From positions 1 to 64,000 of IMG/VR virus record IMGVR_UViG_3300023301_001182: a stretch of DNA of 64,000 nucleotides; one strand, 5' to 3'. Made by a program: the position numbers and the translations under genes. A model generated the notes under the pieces. It made no database searches. It worked only from the letters and a program-made list of their open reading frames with translations, and was not told the DNA's origin. Of the stretch, positions 48,890-58,227 are shown piece by piece. This DNA comes from a virus. Numbering within the stretch: position 1 is the stretch's first letter; the number at the start of each line of letters is the position of its first letter.

Positions 48890-50905
48890 TTATTCTTTTA
48901 ATTCTATTGCAATTAATACTGTAGCGTCTTTTACTAATTTATTCAAAATAGCAGAAGCTATATTTGCTCTACTATTTTTATATTTTTCTAACCTTTTCAT
49001 ATAGGCTGGAAACTTTTGCAAGGCATCCTTAAACATATCATTAATATCATCATCAAGCTCATCTTCACTAGAAGTATCTAGTGCAATAACTTTGGTTTCT
49101 TTTTTTATGATATTATTTTCAAGTTCCTCTAAATTACCAACTATTAAATTTAGTTTTGTTTGATCAACCTTACCAGATTCAATAATCTTTTTAGTATCCT
49201 TCTCACAGTTAATTCTACTATCTCTAATAACTGATCTACTAATACAATTACCTGCCTCTACTACATATACTTTTTCTGAGCCTAATGGGCAGAATGTATC
49301 TGTAACTAGATTACCATTATACATAATCTCTTGACTTGCATGATTTTTAAACATAGAAGTAAGGTCAACAATAGGATGAGCAGCACAATATGATAATTGT
49401 TCTGCCGTAAGTTCTTGTAAATTCTTTTCACCCATAGACGTACAAGCAGTATAATCAGATTTGCTTCTTAACCTAATACCATTATGAAAATAATGAAAAG
49501 GCATAATAGTTATTGGATGTTCATCATTACTAATAAACGGATAAAATGCAGCATCTCTATCTTTAAATTGTATATCTTCTATACTAGAAAATTCATACTT
49601 AAAGAATAACTGATTAGTTATTGTTTTAAATTTACGTTTAGCTTCTTTTTCATCAAACCCTAAAAAGTAAAACCCAAAGCCTTCTACAAATGTAAAAATA
49701 CCATTTATTTTATGACCATTTCTCCAATAACGTAACATATTCATATAGATACGATTACCATAGAAATTAAGTTTCTCAGCAGGTGTTTCTGTATAAATAT
49801 TATTATTTATCTGTATTTGTAACAAATTAGTGTTAGTTGCAGCATTATGAGCATTATTAACTTCAGCATCTCTTTTATCTTTCTTGTCTTTTCTCATCTG
49901 CCAAGTTTCAATTGGTAGTTGACAAGTTGATGCATCATTGTCATCATTAGGATTATAATCATTCATTTCAAACCTACTATTATGTCTTGCATAATCATTA
50001 TGAACAACTGTTTTGGTCATAGCTGGACCAGTTTGAAAACTAGTAGCTCTACTAATTTTAGTTCTTTTAGCATTTTTTACATCACCATCAGTAATTTCAT
50101 AAATTACATTAGGTGCAAATGACCAAGAATTCTTAGTAGTTGCACCAATACCTAGTAAGCTAGAGAAAATTGATGAAATATATACACTATTTTTAGATTC
50201 TTGATAGAAATACAAAGGTCTTTCTATTTCCACGTCAGAATCTTTCCAATCACGTTTTCTTGATTCACCATGAAAACAATACATTACATTAGGTTTATCT
50301 GTATCTGTCCACACTAAAGCAGCAGCACCAGTATATTCACTTAAAACTTTATAATTTTTAGTTTTAGAAATAATCTCTAAAATTATTTCACTATCAATTT
50401 TAGTTCTAGTTAATGGAAATCTACTAGCTGATTCTCCATTAGGAGCTTCTGTATCAATTCCATATTGTTTTGCTAATGGGGTATGATTTAACAAGGTTCC
50501 ATTATGTACTCCAATCATCTTATACCCTCCACCTCTACTAGTACCATATCCAAAAGGATGGGCATTAGCTATTGTATGAGCTCCGTAGGTACTTTGTCTA
50601 GTATGTCCAAGTACTAAAGGGTATAGTTTTGGATTATCATAACTAGAATTTGCTAAGAAATTTCTAAATAATTTTTGTTCATCAATTCCAATTGATATTT
50701 CTCCATCTTTACTGATACCACAAGAATGTACTCCTCTGGTCTCATTATGTATTCCTAATATATTTAACTTATTTCTATTAAATTTCTTTGGGTCTTTCCC
50801 AGCCCATCCAAAAATTCCACATGTTAATGTGTCTAATTTAGGTTTAAAAATTAATATACTTAATGTATGGATAATTAATAAACCTAATATTATATTTACT
50901 ATCAT
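48890..50905 (-). CDS. Class II (Ntn) glutamine amidotransferase with hydrophobic N-terminal leader
   Basis: CGIFG, RGVHSCG, GHTRQSTYG, NAHPF, HNGTL, DSE motifs; the Cys is residue 29. Confidence 0.85.
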   Translation of the reverse strand: MIVNIILGLLIIHTLSILIFKPKLDTLTCGIFGWAGKDPKKFNRNKLNILGIHNETRGVHSCGISKDGEISIGIDEQKLFRNFLANSSYDNPKLYPLVLGHTRQSTYGAHTIANAHPFGYGTSRGGGYKMIGVHNGTLLNHTPLAKQYGIDTEAPNGESASRFPLTRTKIDSEIILEIISKTKNYKVLSEYTGAAALVWTDTDKPNVMYCFHGESRKRDWKDSDVEIERPLYFYQESKNSVYISSIFSSLLGIGATTKNSWSFAPNVIYEITDGDVKNAKRTKISRATSFQTGPAMTKTVVHNDYARHNSRFEMNDYNPNDDNDASTCQLPIETWQMRKDKKDKRDAEVNNAHNAATNTNLLQIQINNNIYTETPAEKLNFYGNRIYMNMLRYWRNGHKINGIFTFVEGFGFYFLGFDEKEAKRKFKTITNQLFFKYEFSSIEDIQFKDRDAAFYPFISNDEHPITIMPFHYFHNGIRLRSKSDYTACTSMGEKNLQELTAEQLSYCAAHPIVDLTSMFKNHASQEIMYNGNLVTDTFCPLGSEKVYVVEAGNCISRSVIRDSRINCEKDTKKIIESGKVDQTKLNLIVGNLEELENNIIKKETKVIALDTSSEDELDDDINDMFKDALQKFPAYMKRLEKYKNSRANIASAILNKLVKDATVLIAIELKE

Positions 50906-51426
50906 TCGTCTTTGTTTTTAAATTTTTTTATTATGTTTTCTGAAAAAGTTATTAACTCCTCTTTAGTTGCCATTCCTTTCATAGAATTAGCTAATCTTGA
51001 TACTATCCAAACATTACCAGGGATATACCCTTTCGTATTATCTATTCTATCTATACTAGCAGCATTCCAATTAAATACACCTTTAGTTATTTTGTAATCT
51101 AACTTTATATTTAATAATGGGCAATACTCTACTACATCTAGATGTGTCTCTTCTATATTAAATTCTAAATTTCTACCAGAGTACTTTATTTTAGATTTTA
51201 AGGTAGATAATTTATGTTTTAAATAATTTTTATTTACATATTCTACTTTAGAATTTTTATACTCTTCAGATGAATAATAGGATTGCATTTTATCAGATTT
51301 ACGATAACTTATATCATATTCTTTTTTACAATCCTTACACCATCTGTATAACCCATCTTTTGATGTCTTATCTTTGTGAAAATTATTTAATTTAATATCT
51401 TTTTTACATTTACTACAATATTTCAT
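50902..51426 (-). CDS. Free-standing HNH-like endonuclease
   Basis: N-terminal CSKC..DGLYRWCKDC; CPLL..ASIDRIDNTKGYIPGNVWIVS..AN.MK. Confidence 0.8.
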   Translation of the reverse strand: MKYCSKCKKDIKLNNFHKDKTSKDGLYRWCKDCKKEYDISYRKSDKMQSYYSSEEYKNSKVEYVNKNYLKHKLSTLKSKIKYSGRNLEFNIEETHLDVVEYCPLLNIKLDYKITKGVFNWNAASIDRIDNTKGYIPGNVWIVSRLANSMKGMATKEELITFSENIIKKFKNKDE

Positions 51427-51447
51427 ATCTTTATATTTTTATTTATG

Positions 51448-51479
51448 CAAAGATACGATATTTATGTGAGATATCCTAA
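51448..51479 (-). promoter_or_regulatory. Bacteroidota-type promoter upstream of the HNH gene
   Basis: - strand TTAG-N20-TATCTTTG. Confidence 0.75.
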
Positions 51480-51517
51480 TGATTTCTACACATTTTTATA
51501 ATAAATATAATTATTTT

Positions 51518-52318
51518 TTATTTTACTAATTTTTCTTCTTTTACTTTTTTAATCTCCTGTAATAATTCAATAGCACCGCCTTTATCATTTGTATCAATGA
51601 TTTTTTTAGCTTGATCTGAATATTTAGCGATAATTTCAGGAAGAAATCCTGAATTTACTAAATCAATAGCTTCCATTGTTTTATTATATGCCCATTCAAT
51701 TAATTCATCGTTTTGAATCCAAAAATTAGATAAAGTTCTATACTCTACTCCATATTCTTTAAATCTAAAACATCCTGCATTACCATACATTTCTCTTCTT
51801 CTATCATCTGTATCTAGATTAATAGATTCAAGACCTAATGTAAAGTCCATTGCATAGACTATTTGTTCACTAACTTCTTGTTCTGGGTTTTCATATCCAA
51901 TATGAATGTGCCCACCACAAGTACGTAAATTACCACCTGCTTGAGGTGCTATATTAAATTCTTTTAAATGGACATTTAAATCTGGATCACATCCAAATAA
52001 TAAAGCTTGTTCAGTTTGAAGATGTTTAGGATCTAATTCAGCAGAAGCAGAGATGTTTAATTTTCCACCATGTATTGTTGCTAATGCTTCTAAATAATCT
52101 TTTACCTGATTAATATTATTTTTAAAATCAAGTGATGAACCTGAAGGTGGAATGTTAAACTCTATCATAACATTATCTTCTTGTATATAATGACCATCTT
52201 CACTAATAGCTCTTGGTTCTTCTTTAGTCCCTCCTATTAGGCCTTCAGCAGAAATGATTTCTCCATTTACTTCTAAAAATAATTCAGGGTCTGCACCTAG
52301 TGTTACATTTTTTATCAT
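51518..52318 (-). CDS. phiEco32-like COOH-NH2 ligase type 2
   Basis: LGADPELF, IGGTK, QEDNVMIEFNI, FGCDPD, RTCGGHIHIG, RR.MYG.AG..R.K.YGVEYRTLSNFW. Confidence 0.88.
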   Translation of the reverse strand: MIKNVTLGADPELFLEVNGEIISAEGLIGGTKEEPRAISEDGHYIQEDNVMIEFNIPPSGSSLDFKNNINQVKDYLEALATIHGGKLNISASAELDPKHLQTEQALLFGCDPDLNVHLKEFNIAPQAGGNLRTCGGHIHIGYENPEQEVSEQIVYAMDFTLGLESINLDTDDRRREMYGNAGCFRFKEYGVEYRTLSNFWIQNDELIEWAYNKTMEAIDLVNSGFLPEIIAKYSDQAKKIIDTNDKGGAIELLQEIKKVKEEKLVK

Positions 52319-52329
52319 TTGTTAAATTT

Positions 52330-53016
52330 TTAAATTAAATAGTCTTCAATTAGGTTTAAGCACATTTCTTTTGTACGTTTATCACAACTATCAAATTCAG
52401 GGTGACCTTGAATAGCCAAACTTCTTGTCATAGGATAGTATACAATTTCTGATTCTACAAATTTTTCTGGTAATTCTATTTGTGTATCATTACCATCTAA
52501 ATAAACCAAACTTCTATGTTTAGTTGACCAAGCTAAAATATTGTATTTATGTTTAGGGAGGTTAAAAGGAAACATCATTTGATGATGTGTAGATGTTATT
52601 TTATATATACTAGGTTGAGAATTTCCTTCAAAATGCATAGTAATATCATGTGTATTACCATGTCCTTCAACATGTTGAATTAACTTACCACCTGACATAG
52701 CAGTTACAAATTGAGAGCCTCTACATATACCTAATTTTGGTGTAGTTACATAGATTTCAAATATCTCTTTACATAAAGAATCTCTCTCTGCACTAATCAT
52801 AGTTCTTGAGCCTTTATTTCCTTCTCCATATAAGATAGGTGATACATCTGCACCTCCACTAAAATAGATAAAATTCAATGATTGCCTTTTTTTCAATAAA
52901 TCACTAAATAAGATTTGTTTTACAGAAAACCTACTACTAAAGAAATCTAATTCATTAGGTGAAAGTTCATTTTCTACACCTATATATAGGCTTCTTTTTT
53001 TATTATTATCGCTCAT
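52330..53016 (-). CDS. Class I glutamine amidotransferase / gamma-glutamyl hydrolase (peptidase C26-like)
   Basis: GGADVSP..YGE, GICRGSQ, STHHQ and QGHPE motifs. Confidence 0.88.
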   Translation of the reverse strand: MSDNNKKRSLYIGVENELSPNELDFFSSRFSVKQILFSDLLKKRQSLNFIYFSGGADVSPILYGEGNKGSRTMISAERDSLCKEIFEIYVTTPKLGICRGSQFVTAMSGGKLIQHVEGHGNTHDITMHFEGNSQPSIYKITSTHHQMMFPFNLPKHKYNILAWSTKHRSLVYLDGNDTQIELPEKFVESEIVYYPMTRSLAIQGHPEFDSCDKRTKEMCLNLIEDYLI

Positions 53017-53842
53017 GTTTTTCTAAAATTAATTTTGTTAATTCTGTTTTATATTTTTCAATTGTAATATCTCCAAAAGATGGAGCTGAATTAATCTCTA
53101 CAATAATAAAATTTGGATCATTACGAACCACACCTTTATTATTAGTAGATGATTGTATTCTTAAATCAACTGCACCAATATCTAATCCTACTGCATTTAA
53201 TGCTTTAACAGATTCTTCAAGTACTTTATCCCAATTACTTGGTTTATCAAATAATTCATTTTCTTCAAGAATCCAAACACAATGTTCATCATTACGATAC
53301 CATTTGTCTTTATCTTCTGTGTCTTGTTTTAACATCTTTCTACAAGTATAAAAACAACCACTATTTGTGATGTGTAATCTATATTCTCTAGAATAGTTAT
53401 AATACTTTTCAAATATATAATGTGAAGTATTTTTACCTACTAACCAAGCTGCTAATGCTTCAGCAGAGTCATGCTTTGCATTTCCTTGGTTTCTACTTCC
53501 AAAATAACTTTTAGAAATAATAGGATAAGGTAAATTTTCTAATGTATTATTTACATCTTTACCTACAAATCCTCCATTACGGTATGTCCACCAATCAGCT
53601 GTTTTTACATTACCATCTGCAAAACATTGTTTCATTAGCATTTTACTAGATGAATTCTTAATAGCTTGTACTGTATTTATCTCTAACCTATTTCCACCAT
53701 TTGATACAGCATCATCATATTCAGTAGTTGAACCGAAACGAATTACTGATTTAAATGGGAACATAGGAAATGTTCCTCTTACTCTTAAAGGTGCGTGAGA
53801 AGGATGTCTACTTCTAACTCTAGTTCTAAAATATTTAAGCAT
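53006..53842 (-). CDS. ATP-grasp ligase (RimK/YheC-like, phiEco32 type)
   Basis: IRFGST, IN..AI.NSSSK, YPIISK, EYRLH, A..AVGLDIGAVD, EINSAPS. Confidence 0.85.
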   Translation of the reverse strand: MLKYFRTRVRSRHPSHAPLRVRGTFPMFPFKSVIRFGSTTEYDDAVSNGGNRLEINTVQAIKNSSSKMLMKQCFADGNVKTADWWTYRNGGFVGKDVNNTLENLPYPIISKSYFGSRNQGNAKHDSAEALAAWLVGKNTSHYIFEKYYNYSREYRLHITNSGCFYTCRKMLKQDTEDKDKWYRNDEHCVWILEENELFDKPSNWDKVLEESVKALNAVGLDIGAVDLRIQSSTNNKGVVRNDPNFIIVEINSAPSFGDITIEKYKTELTKLILEKHER

Positions 53843-54236
53843 ATTGATTTATCTTTTTTTGTTCCACATATTCTTTCCAATCTCCTGTTGTACAAGTTTC
53901 ATAATGTGCTGCGCGACCTTCATCTGCATAAAAATAAACTGATGCTTCTCCATAAGGAGTTTTAATAGTTTCTTTATTATACATATTAAGTTCATGGCCT
54001 GGTCCTGAATAACCTTCTAATGTATCAATTCTATTTGCTACTTCTTGTGTCACTCTATAAACCTCCATAACTACAGAGGTATGACCATGTTTTAAAAGAC
54101 CTGGAAATGCACTTAATGATTTTAATACATAAATAGGTGCTGTTTCAAACATACCCATATATGTTGCTTCTTTTGTGTCTAATAATCTGTGGTTTCCAAA
54201 ACCTTTTCTAAGTGATCCGTATACTGCTACTAACAT
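53835..54236 (-). CDS. Gamma-glutamylcyclotransferase (AIG2-like)
   Basis: VAVYGSLRKG..NH, FPGL, EVY.V, D.LEGY, GDW motifs. Confidence 0.9.
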   Translation of the reverse strand: MLVAVYGSLRKGFGNHRLLDTKEATYMGMFETAPIYVLKSLSAFPGLLKHGHTSVVMEVYRVTQEVANRIDTLEGYSGPGHELNMYNKETIKTPYGEASVYFYADEGRAAHYETCTTGDWKEYVEQKKINQYA

Positions 54237-54256
54237 ATTTATTTTTTGTTTTAATT

Positions 54257-55309
54257 TTAAAATGGTGCTCCTGTGAAGTCTTTATCATGTTGATGCATTA
54301 ATACATCTAACAATAATATTGCCGTCTCAGTGTCTTTGTGTTTAATTAAATCACTATAATCTTTTGATTTATATAATGATGGTATTTCGATATTGGGTAT
54401 ATTAAGTAAATCTGCTAAATTTTCAGCATATTCTCTTCCCCAATTAGTTTCTTTATCATAATCATTATCATATAAAATCCAGATTCTTTTGAATCTACCT
54501 CTTAATTCTTGGATTATGTGTAATTTAGGTGTTGTAGTCTCTGATTGTAATGACACACTTGGAATACCTGTAGTTGAATAAATAGCCATAACATCTTTCA
54601 ATGATTTAGTTATTATTAACTCCTTACCAATAGTTGGTAATTGACTCCAACCTTGCCAAATTGAACTATCATGATTATTTAACCATTTATATTTTTCACT
54701 ATATGGTTGATAAATCTTATAAGTTTCTTGTCTACCTTTATGTTCAGTAAATGCATAGGCATACTTATCAGCTTTAATAGGTGATTCATTTATAAAAATA
54801 TAATCAATAGGCTGAACTCTATATTTTAATAACGTTTCAGAGTCTATTCCAAACTGTAGCCAAAATGCATAATCATATGCCATCCATCTTCTACCTCTTT
54901 TACCTAAGTTCATTTGTCCTTTTTCTTTAATTAGGTTTTCTCTTGTCATTACTTTAGTACTTGGTTTATAATTAGATGAAGTTTGTTCAATTCTTTTTAC
55001 TATAAATTTGTCAGCAATTCCAAAATCAAGTGCTATTTTACTCATAGCTTCAAAGAAATTCAAACTAAAAAATTTTTGTACAAATTTAATACAATCTCCT
55101 GAACCTAGTACAAAATCATTATAACATATTTCTCCTGATTCACCAACGAAAAATCCAAATGATGGATCCTCTTCATCTCTTAATGGTGATAATATCTTGT
55201 GAGACATATCAATTTCTTTACCTATATAAAATCTATAAATATCTATGTCTTGGATATGCTTTAATAGTTCTCCTTTAGTTATGTGTTTTCTGTTTAAATC
55301 TATTACCAT
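54257..55309 (-). CDS. DnaG-family primase (crAss-like)
   Basis: SPLR.E.DPSF..DF..GD, YKIYQP, IITKSLKDVM, SE, LYDND (TOPRIM), KDYSD. Confidence 0.85.
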   Translation of the reverse strand: MVIDLNRKHITKGELLKHIQDIDIYRFYIGKEIDMSHKILSPLRDEEDPSFGFFVGESGEICYNDFVLGSGDCIKFVQKFFSLNFFEAMSKIALDFGIADKFIVKRIEQTSSNYKPSTKVMTRENLIKEKGQMNLGKRGRRWMAYDYAFWLQFGIDSETLLKYRVQPIDYIFINESPIKADKYAYAFTEHKGRQETYKIYQPYSEKYKWLNNHDSSIWQGWSQLPTIGKELIITKSLKDVMAIYSTTGIPSVSLQSETTTPKLHIIQELRGRFKRIWILYDNDYDKETNWGREYAENLADLLNIPNIEIPSLYKSKDYSDLIKHKDTETAILLLDVLMHQHDKDFTGAPF

Positions 55310-55322
55310 ATTTTTAGAAATG

Positions 55323-55350
55323 AAAAATAAGGGGAAATTAATCCCCTTAT
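55323..55350 (-). terminator. Intrinsic terminator
   Basis: - strand ATAAGGGGA-ttaat-TTCCCCTTAT followed by a T tract. Confidence 0.7.
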
Positions 55351-55361
55351 CTTAGTTTATA

Positions 55362-55925
55362 TTATACCCAACTTTCTTTTTTAGAGTCTGTTGCAGAGTC
55401 CGCTGGTGCATCTTGTGCAATTCTTTCTAATAAGTCATTAGGTGTTGCTTTTAATCTAGATGGGTCAGTTCCTGCTGGCTCAATAAAATTAAAATAACGT
55501 AATCCAAGAAACTTACCTGGATAACCTGTTGTTCCATAAGAAGCAAATACATTTACTTTTATATTAGGAGCTTTTTCTCCTATTAAAGCAAATAATGTAT
55601 CATATGCTTCTTTTGCATTACTTACAGTAGGGAAAGTATAATCATTTCCTACTACAGCTTTTGCAACGTGTATTACTCTCCCAACTTCTCTAACTGCAGC
55701 TTGGGCATTCTGGTCTTCTGTTTTAGCAGAATTAGCTTTAGGATAATAAAACCCTTGATTAATCTGGGCTGTACCATCACTTACTATTAGTTTATAATCA
55801 GGGTGATTATCTGGTTCATCTTGTTTTCTCTTCTCCACAGAAATATCAACATTTTTCACTACTCCACCTTGTCCGTTATTAAATATAACAGATCCTCCAA
55901 ATTTCTTCTCATTCAAATCAAACAT
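55362..55925 (-). CDS. Putative single-stranded DNA-binding protein
   Basis: Between the AAA ATPase and primase; beta-rich with a flexible acidic tail ending in an aromatic (ESWV); followed by a terminator. Confidence 0.4.
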   Translation of the reverse strand: MFDLNEKKFGGSVIFNNGQGGVVKNVDISVEKRKQDEPDNHPDYKLIVSDGTAQINQGFYYPKANSAKTEDQNAQAAVREVGRVIHVAKAVVGNDYTFPTVSNAKEAYDTLFALIGEKAPNIKVNVFASYGTTGYPGKFLGLRYFNFIEPAGTDPSRLKATPNDLLERIAQDAPADSATDSKKESWV

Positions 55926-55940
55926 AATCTTTCTTTCGTT

Positions 55941-56708
55941 TTATTTATTTATAAATATTTGAGACCAATCTACTTTTAGTTGTCCTGCCTCATCAGACTT
56001 AGCCACTACAATTTCTTTACCTTTTAGATGATCACATCTAGACCCTGATAATAAATTCTCAGAGGCAATAAAGTTAATTATAGTTTCTTTTTCTTTTCTA
56101 TAAAGGTATCCTACTGCATCTACTTGAGAACATAAGATTGATGACTGTCTTCCTGTTAGGGCTAAACCACGTTCATTCATTTCTTTACCTTCTTTTTCAA
56201 CTAGTTTATCCTTAACATGTCCTAGTAATATTAATGTATCACATACATCTTCTAACTCACTTAGAACCATACTTAATGCTTTTCTAGTATATCCATATCC
56301 TGCTCCATTTGGTAGAGATATAACATCGTCTCCTTGCCAATTACGACCAACACTAGTTTCACGATACATTTTACCAGCTAAAGGTAATACAATTTCTTCT
56401 AAAGCAGTTACAGTATCTATTGCTAGATATTTATATGTGTAACCTTTTTTAGCTTGATTGCTTTCCTCTATATCATTAATTAATTCTTTAAGGACTACTA
56501 TTGGTAGTTTATTTTCCTCTTTAGAAACTTTTAAAACATCGTATTTTAGGGCATCTACAAAATGACTCCCACTCTCTAAATCTATAATCAAACAATTATC
56601 TAATTCAGACACTACACTGGTTTTACCCATCTTAGGTTGACTAAAAATAACCATTGATTTTGGATTTACTCTTGATGCTTTACTCTTTTTACTCGGTAAT
56701 TCACTCAT
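55941..56708 (-). CDS. AAA-family ATPase (Sak4/AAA_24-like)
   Basis: SQPKMGKT, IIDLESG, AIDTVT, LPNGAGY, LLGH, DAVGYL. Confidence 0.85.
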   Translation of the reverse strand: MSELPSKKSKASRVNPKSMVIFSQPKMGKTSVVSELDNCLIIDLESGSHFVDALKYDVLKVSKEENKLPIVVLKELINDIEESNQAKKGYTYKYLAIDTVTALEEIVLPLAGKMYRETSVGRNWQGDDVISLPNGAGYGYTRKALSMVLSELEDVCDTLILLGHVKDKLVEKEGKEMNERGLALTGRQSSILCSQVDAVGYLYRKEKETIINFIASENLLSGSRCDHLKGKEIVVAKSDEAGQLKVDWSQIFINK

Positions 56709-56747
56709 TCATTCTATCTCCGTCCTCTTCATCCACTATTAAGTTAA

Positions 56748-56870
56748 TTAATAATCAGATATATACCTATGTTTAGCACGAACTAATAATTTATAACTCG
56801 CACTACCAGGCCCAACCTGATTAATCAAATTATTTAGGTATTCTATACCTTTTGTAAATTTTGTTACCAT
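56748..56870 (-). CDS. Possible 40-aa ORF (MVTKFTKGIEYL...)
   Basis: Fills the intergenic gap; its ATG overlaps the end of the upstream gene. Confidence 0.3.
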   Translation of the reverse strand: MVTKFTKGIEYLNNLINQVGPGSASYKLLVRAKHRYISDY

Positions 56871-57250
56871 TTTACGTTAATTTTCTCAAATAGTTTTCCA
56901 TTTCTAACCTCTACAAATTGTACAGGTCTATTATGTAATTTTGCATACTCTATTTCTGCACATACTCCAGTTGACTTACGTAAACGGTCTATACCCTCAT
57001 CAGGTATTAATACCCATAATTCATCCGCCCAATCAATAAATTGATAATCTATATGTTGCCAGTAATCCCAAGTATGGGGTACTTCAAATTTATCAATTAA
57101 TGTTAGTGGGTGAGAATGGGTTATTGGACTATACACATTAAATCCTTTATTTAGTATTAAAACAGAAGCTATATTAGCTTGTTTAAAACTACTTTCAGTC
57201 ATTCCTGTATATGATATAGCCAAATAAATTTTTCTTAGTTTTTTATCCAT
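56864..57250 (-). CDS. Nucleoside 2-deoxyribosyltransferase-like protein (DUF1937-like)
   Basis: IYLAISY, VYSPITHSH, W...D..FI..AD, S.GV.AEI..A motifs. Confidence 0.7.
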   Translation of the reverse strand: MDKKLRKIYLAISYTGMTESSFKQANIASVLILNKGFNVYSPITHSHPLTLIDKFEVPHTWDYWQHIDYQFIDWADELWVLIPDEGIDRLRKSTGVCAEIEYAKLHNRPVQFVEVRNGKLFEKINVKW

Positions 57251-57881
57251 ATTTATTATCTGTTAAAAACTTATTCATTGAAGTTCCTCTAAATTTTAAC
57301 AAAGAATCTACATTCTTTGGTATAATATCACATATAACTAAAGAATGGTTTCCCCAAGAATTATAAGTTGTATCTATAGGCATAACTATATTCTTGTTTA
57401 CAAGTTCCATTAAAAAATACAGAGGGTCAGTTATAATTCTATCTTTAGCTCTTAAATCTATAAAAAATTGTTTATGATTAAAAACACATGGTTTATACCA
57501 AATCATTCTTAAAAAGTTTAATAATACTAAATTATTATAATATTTACTTTCACTTATTAAATCATATCTAATATATGTTTCTTTAAATTTAGTTACAATT
57601 TTACATGGTGTTATCATATTAATAATATCTACCATAGCTTTTGTAGCTGCTAAAGAGTTAATATTGGTTCTAAAATCACTAATATAAATTTGCTTAATTG
57701 ATGGTCCTTTATAAGTATAGTGTATTAAACAATTATATTTATTTATCGTTCCATCAGTATAATTAACTATAGTTGGGTACATTAAGCTATACCAACAAGC
57801 ACTATTTTTAACCTTTACTAACTGTTTTTCTCTGCCAATATCTATATGATAATGACAACTATAATGACTCTCTGTTCTCAT
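57243..57881 (-). CDS. Hypothetical protein
   Basis: 212-aa ORF in the operon. Confidence 0.55.
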   Translation of the reverse strand: MRTESHYSCHYHIDIGREKQLVKVKNSACWYSLMYPTIVNYTDGTINKYNCLIHYTYKGPSIKQIYISDFRTNINSLAATKAMVDIINMITPCKIVTKFKETYIRYDLISESKYYNNLVLLNFLRMIWYKPCVFNHKQFFIDLRAKDRIITDPLYFLMELVNKNIVMPIDTTYNSWGNHSLVICDIIPKNVDSLLKFRGTSMNKFLTDNKYG

Positions 57882-57895
57882 TTTTTAAATTTTAA

Positions 57896-58225
57896 TTATT
57901 CTTCTTTTGTAAAGTTTTTATCTTTAAACCTATCATCTAGGTCTTTTCTAAATAAATACATATAAGATAAGAACATTGCATTACACATTATATGTCCTAC
58001 GTGGTCTAAACCACTTTCCTTATCTTTATCTACTCCATCTGAAAAGGAATTTATATGTCGTTGCATGCTATCTAAAGTTTCAGAATATTTTAGACCTTTT
58101 CTCCAATTATGGTCATCATATTTTTTAGCACCAAACATTAGTACTCTAACTAAAGGTTCTAATGCTTTCCAACTAACTAACCCCCATCTTAATTTCCCTT
58201 CATTCTTTCTTTCTCCTAATTCCAT
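57896..58225 (-). CDS. dATP/dGTP diphosphohydrolase-domain protein (DUF5664-like)
   Basis: K..GK.RW.L..VL.FGAKKY...NWRKG..RH..D.ESGL.H..H..CN. Confidence 0.8.
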   Translation of the reverse strand: MELGERKNEGKLRWGLVSWKALEPLVRVLMFGAKKYDDHNWRKGLKYSETLDSMQRHINSFSDGVDKDKESGLDHVGHIMCNAMFLSYMYLFRKDLDDRFKDKNFTKEE

Positions 58226-58227
58226 AT

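Noticed and set aside
50902-51517. Intron around the HNH gene in the amidoligase operon
   Set aside because: Both flanking genes appear complete and no P/Q/R/S elements were seen; treated as a free-standing endonuclease.
57896-58225. Evidence for a 2-aminoadenine (Z) genome
   Set aside because: The diphosphohydrolase domain alone is not enough; no purZ is present in the window.
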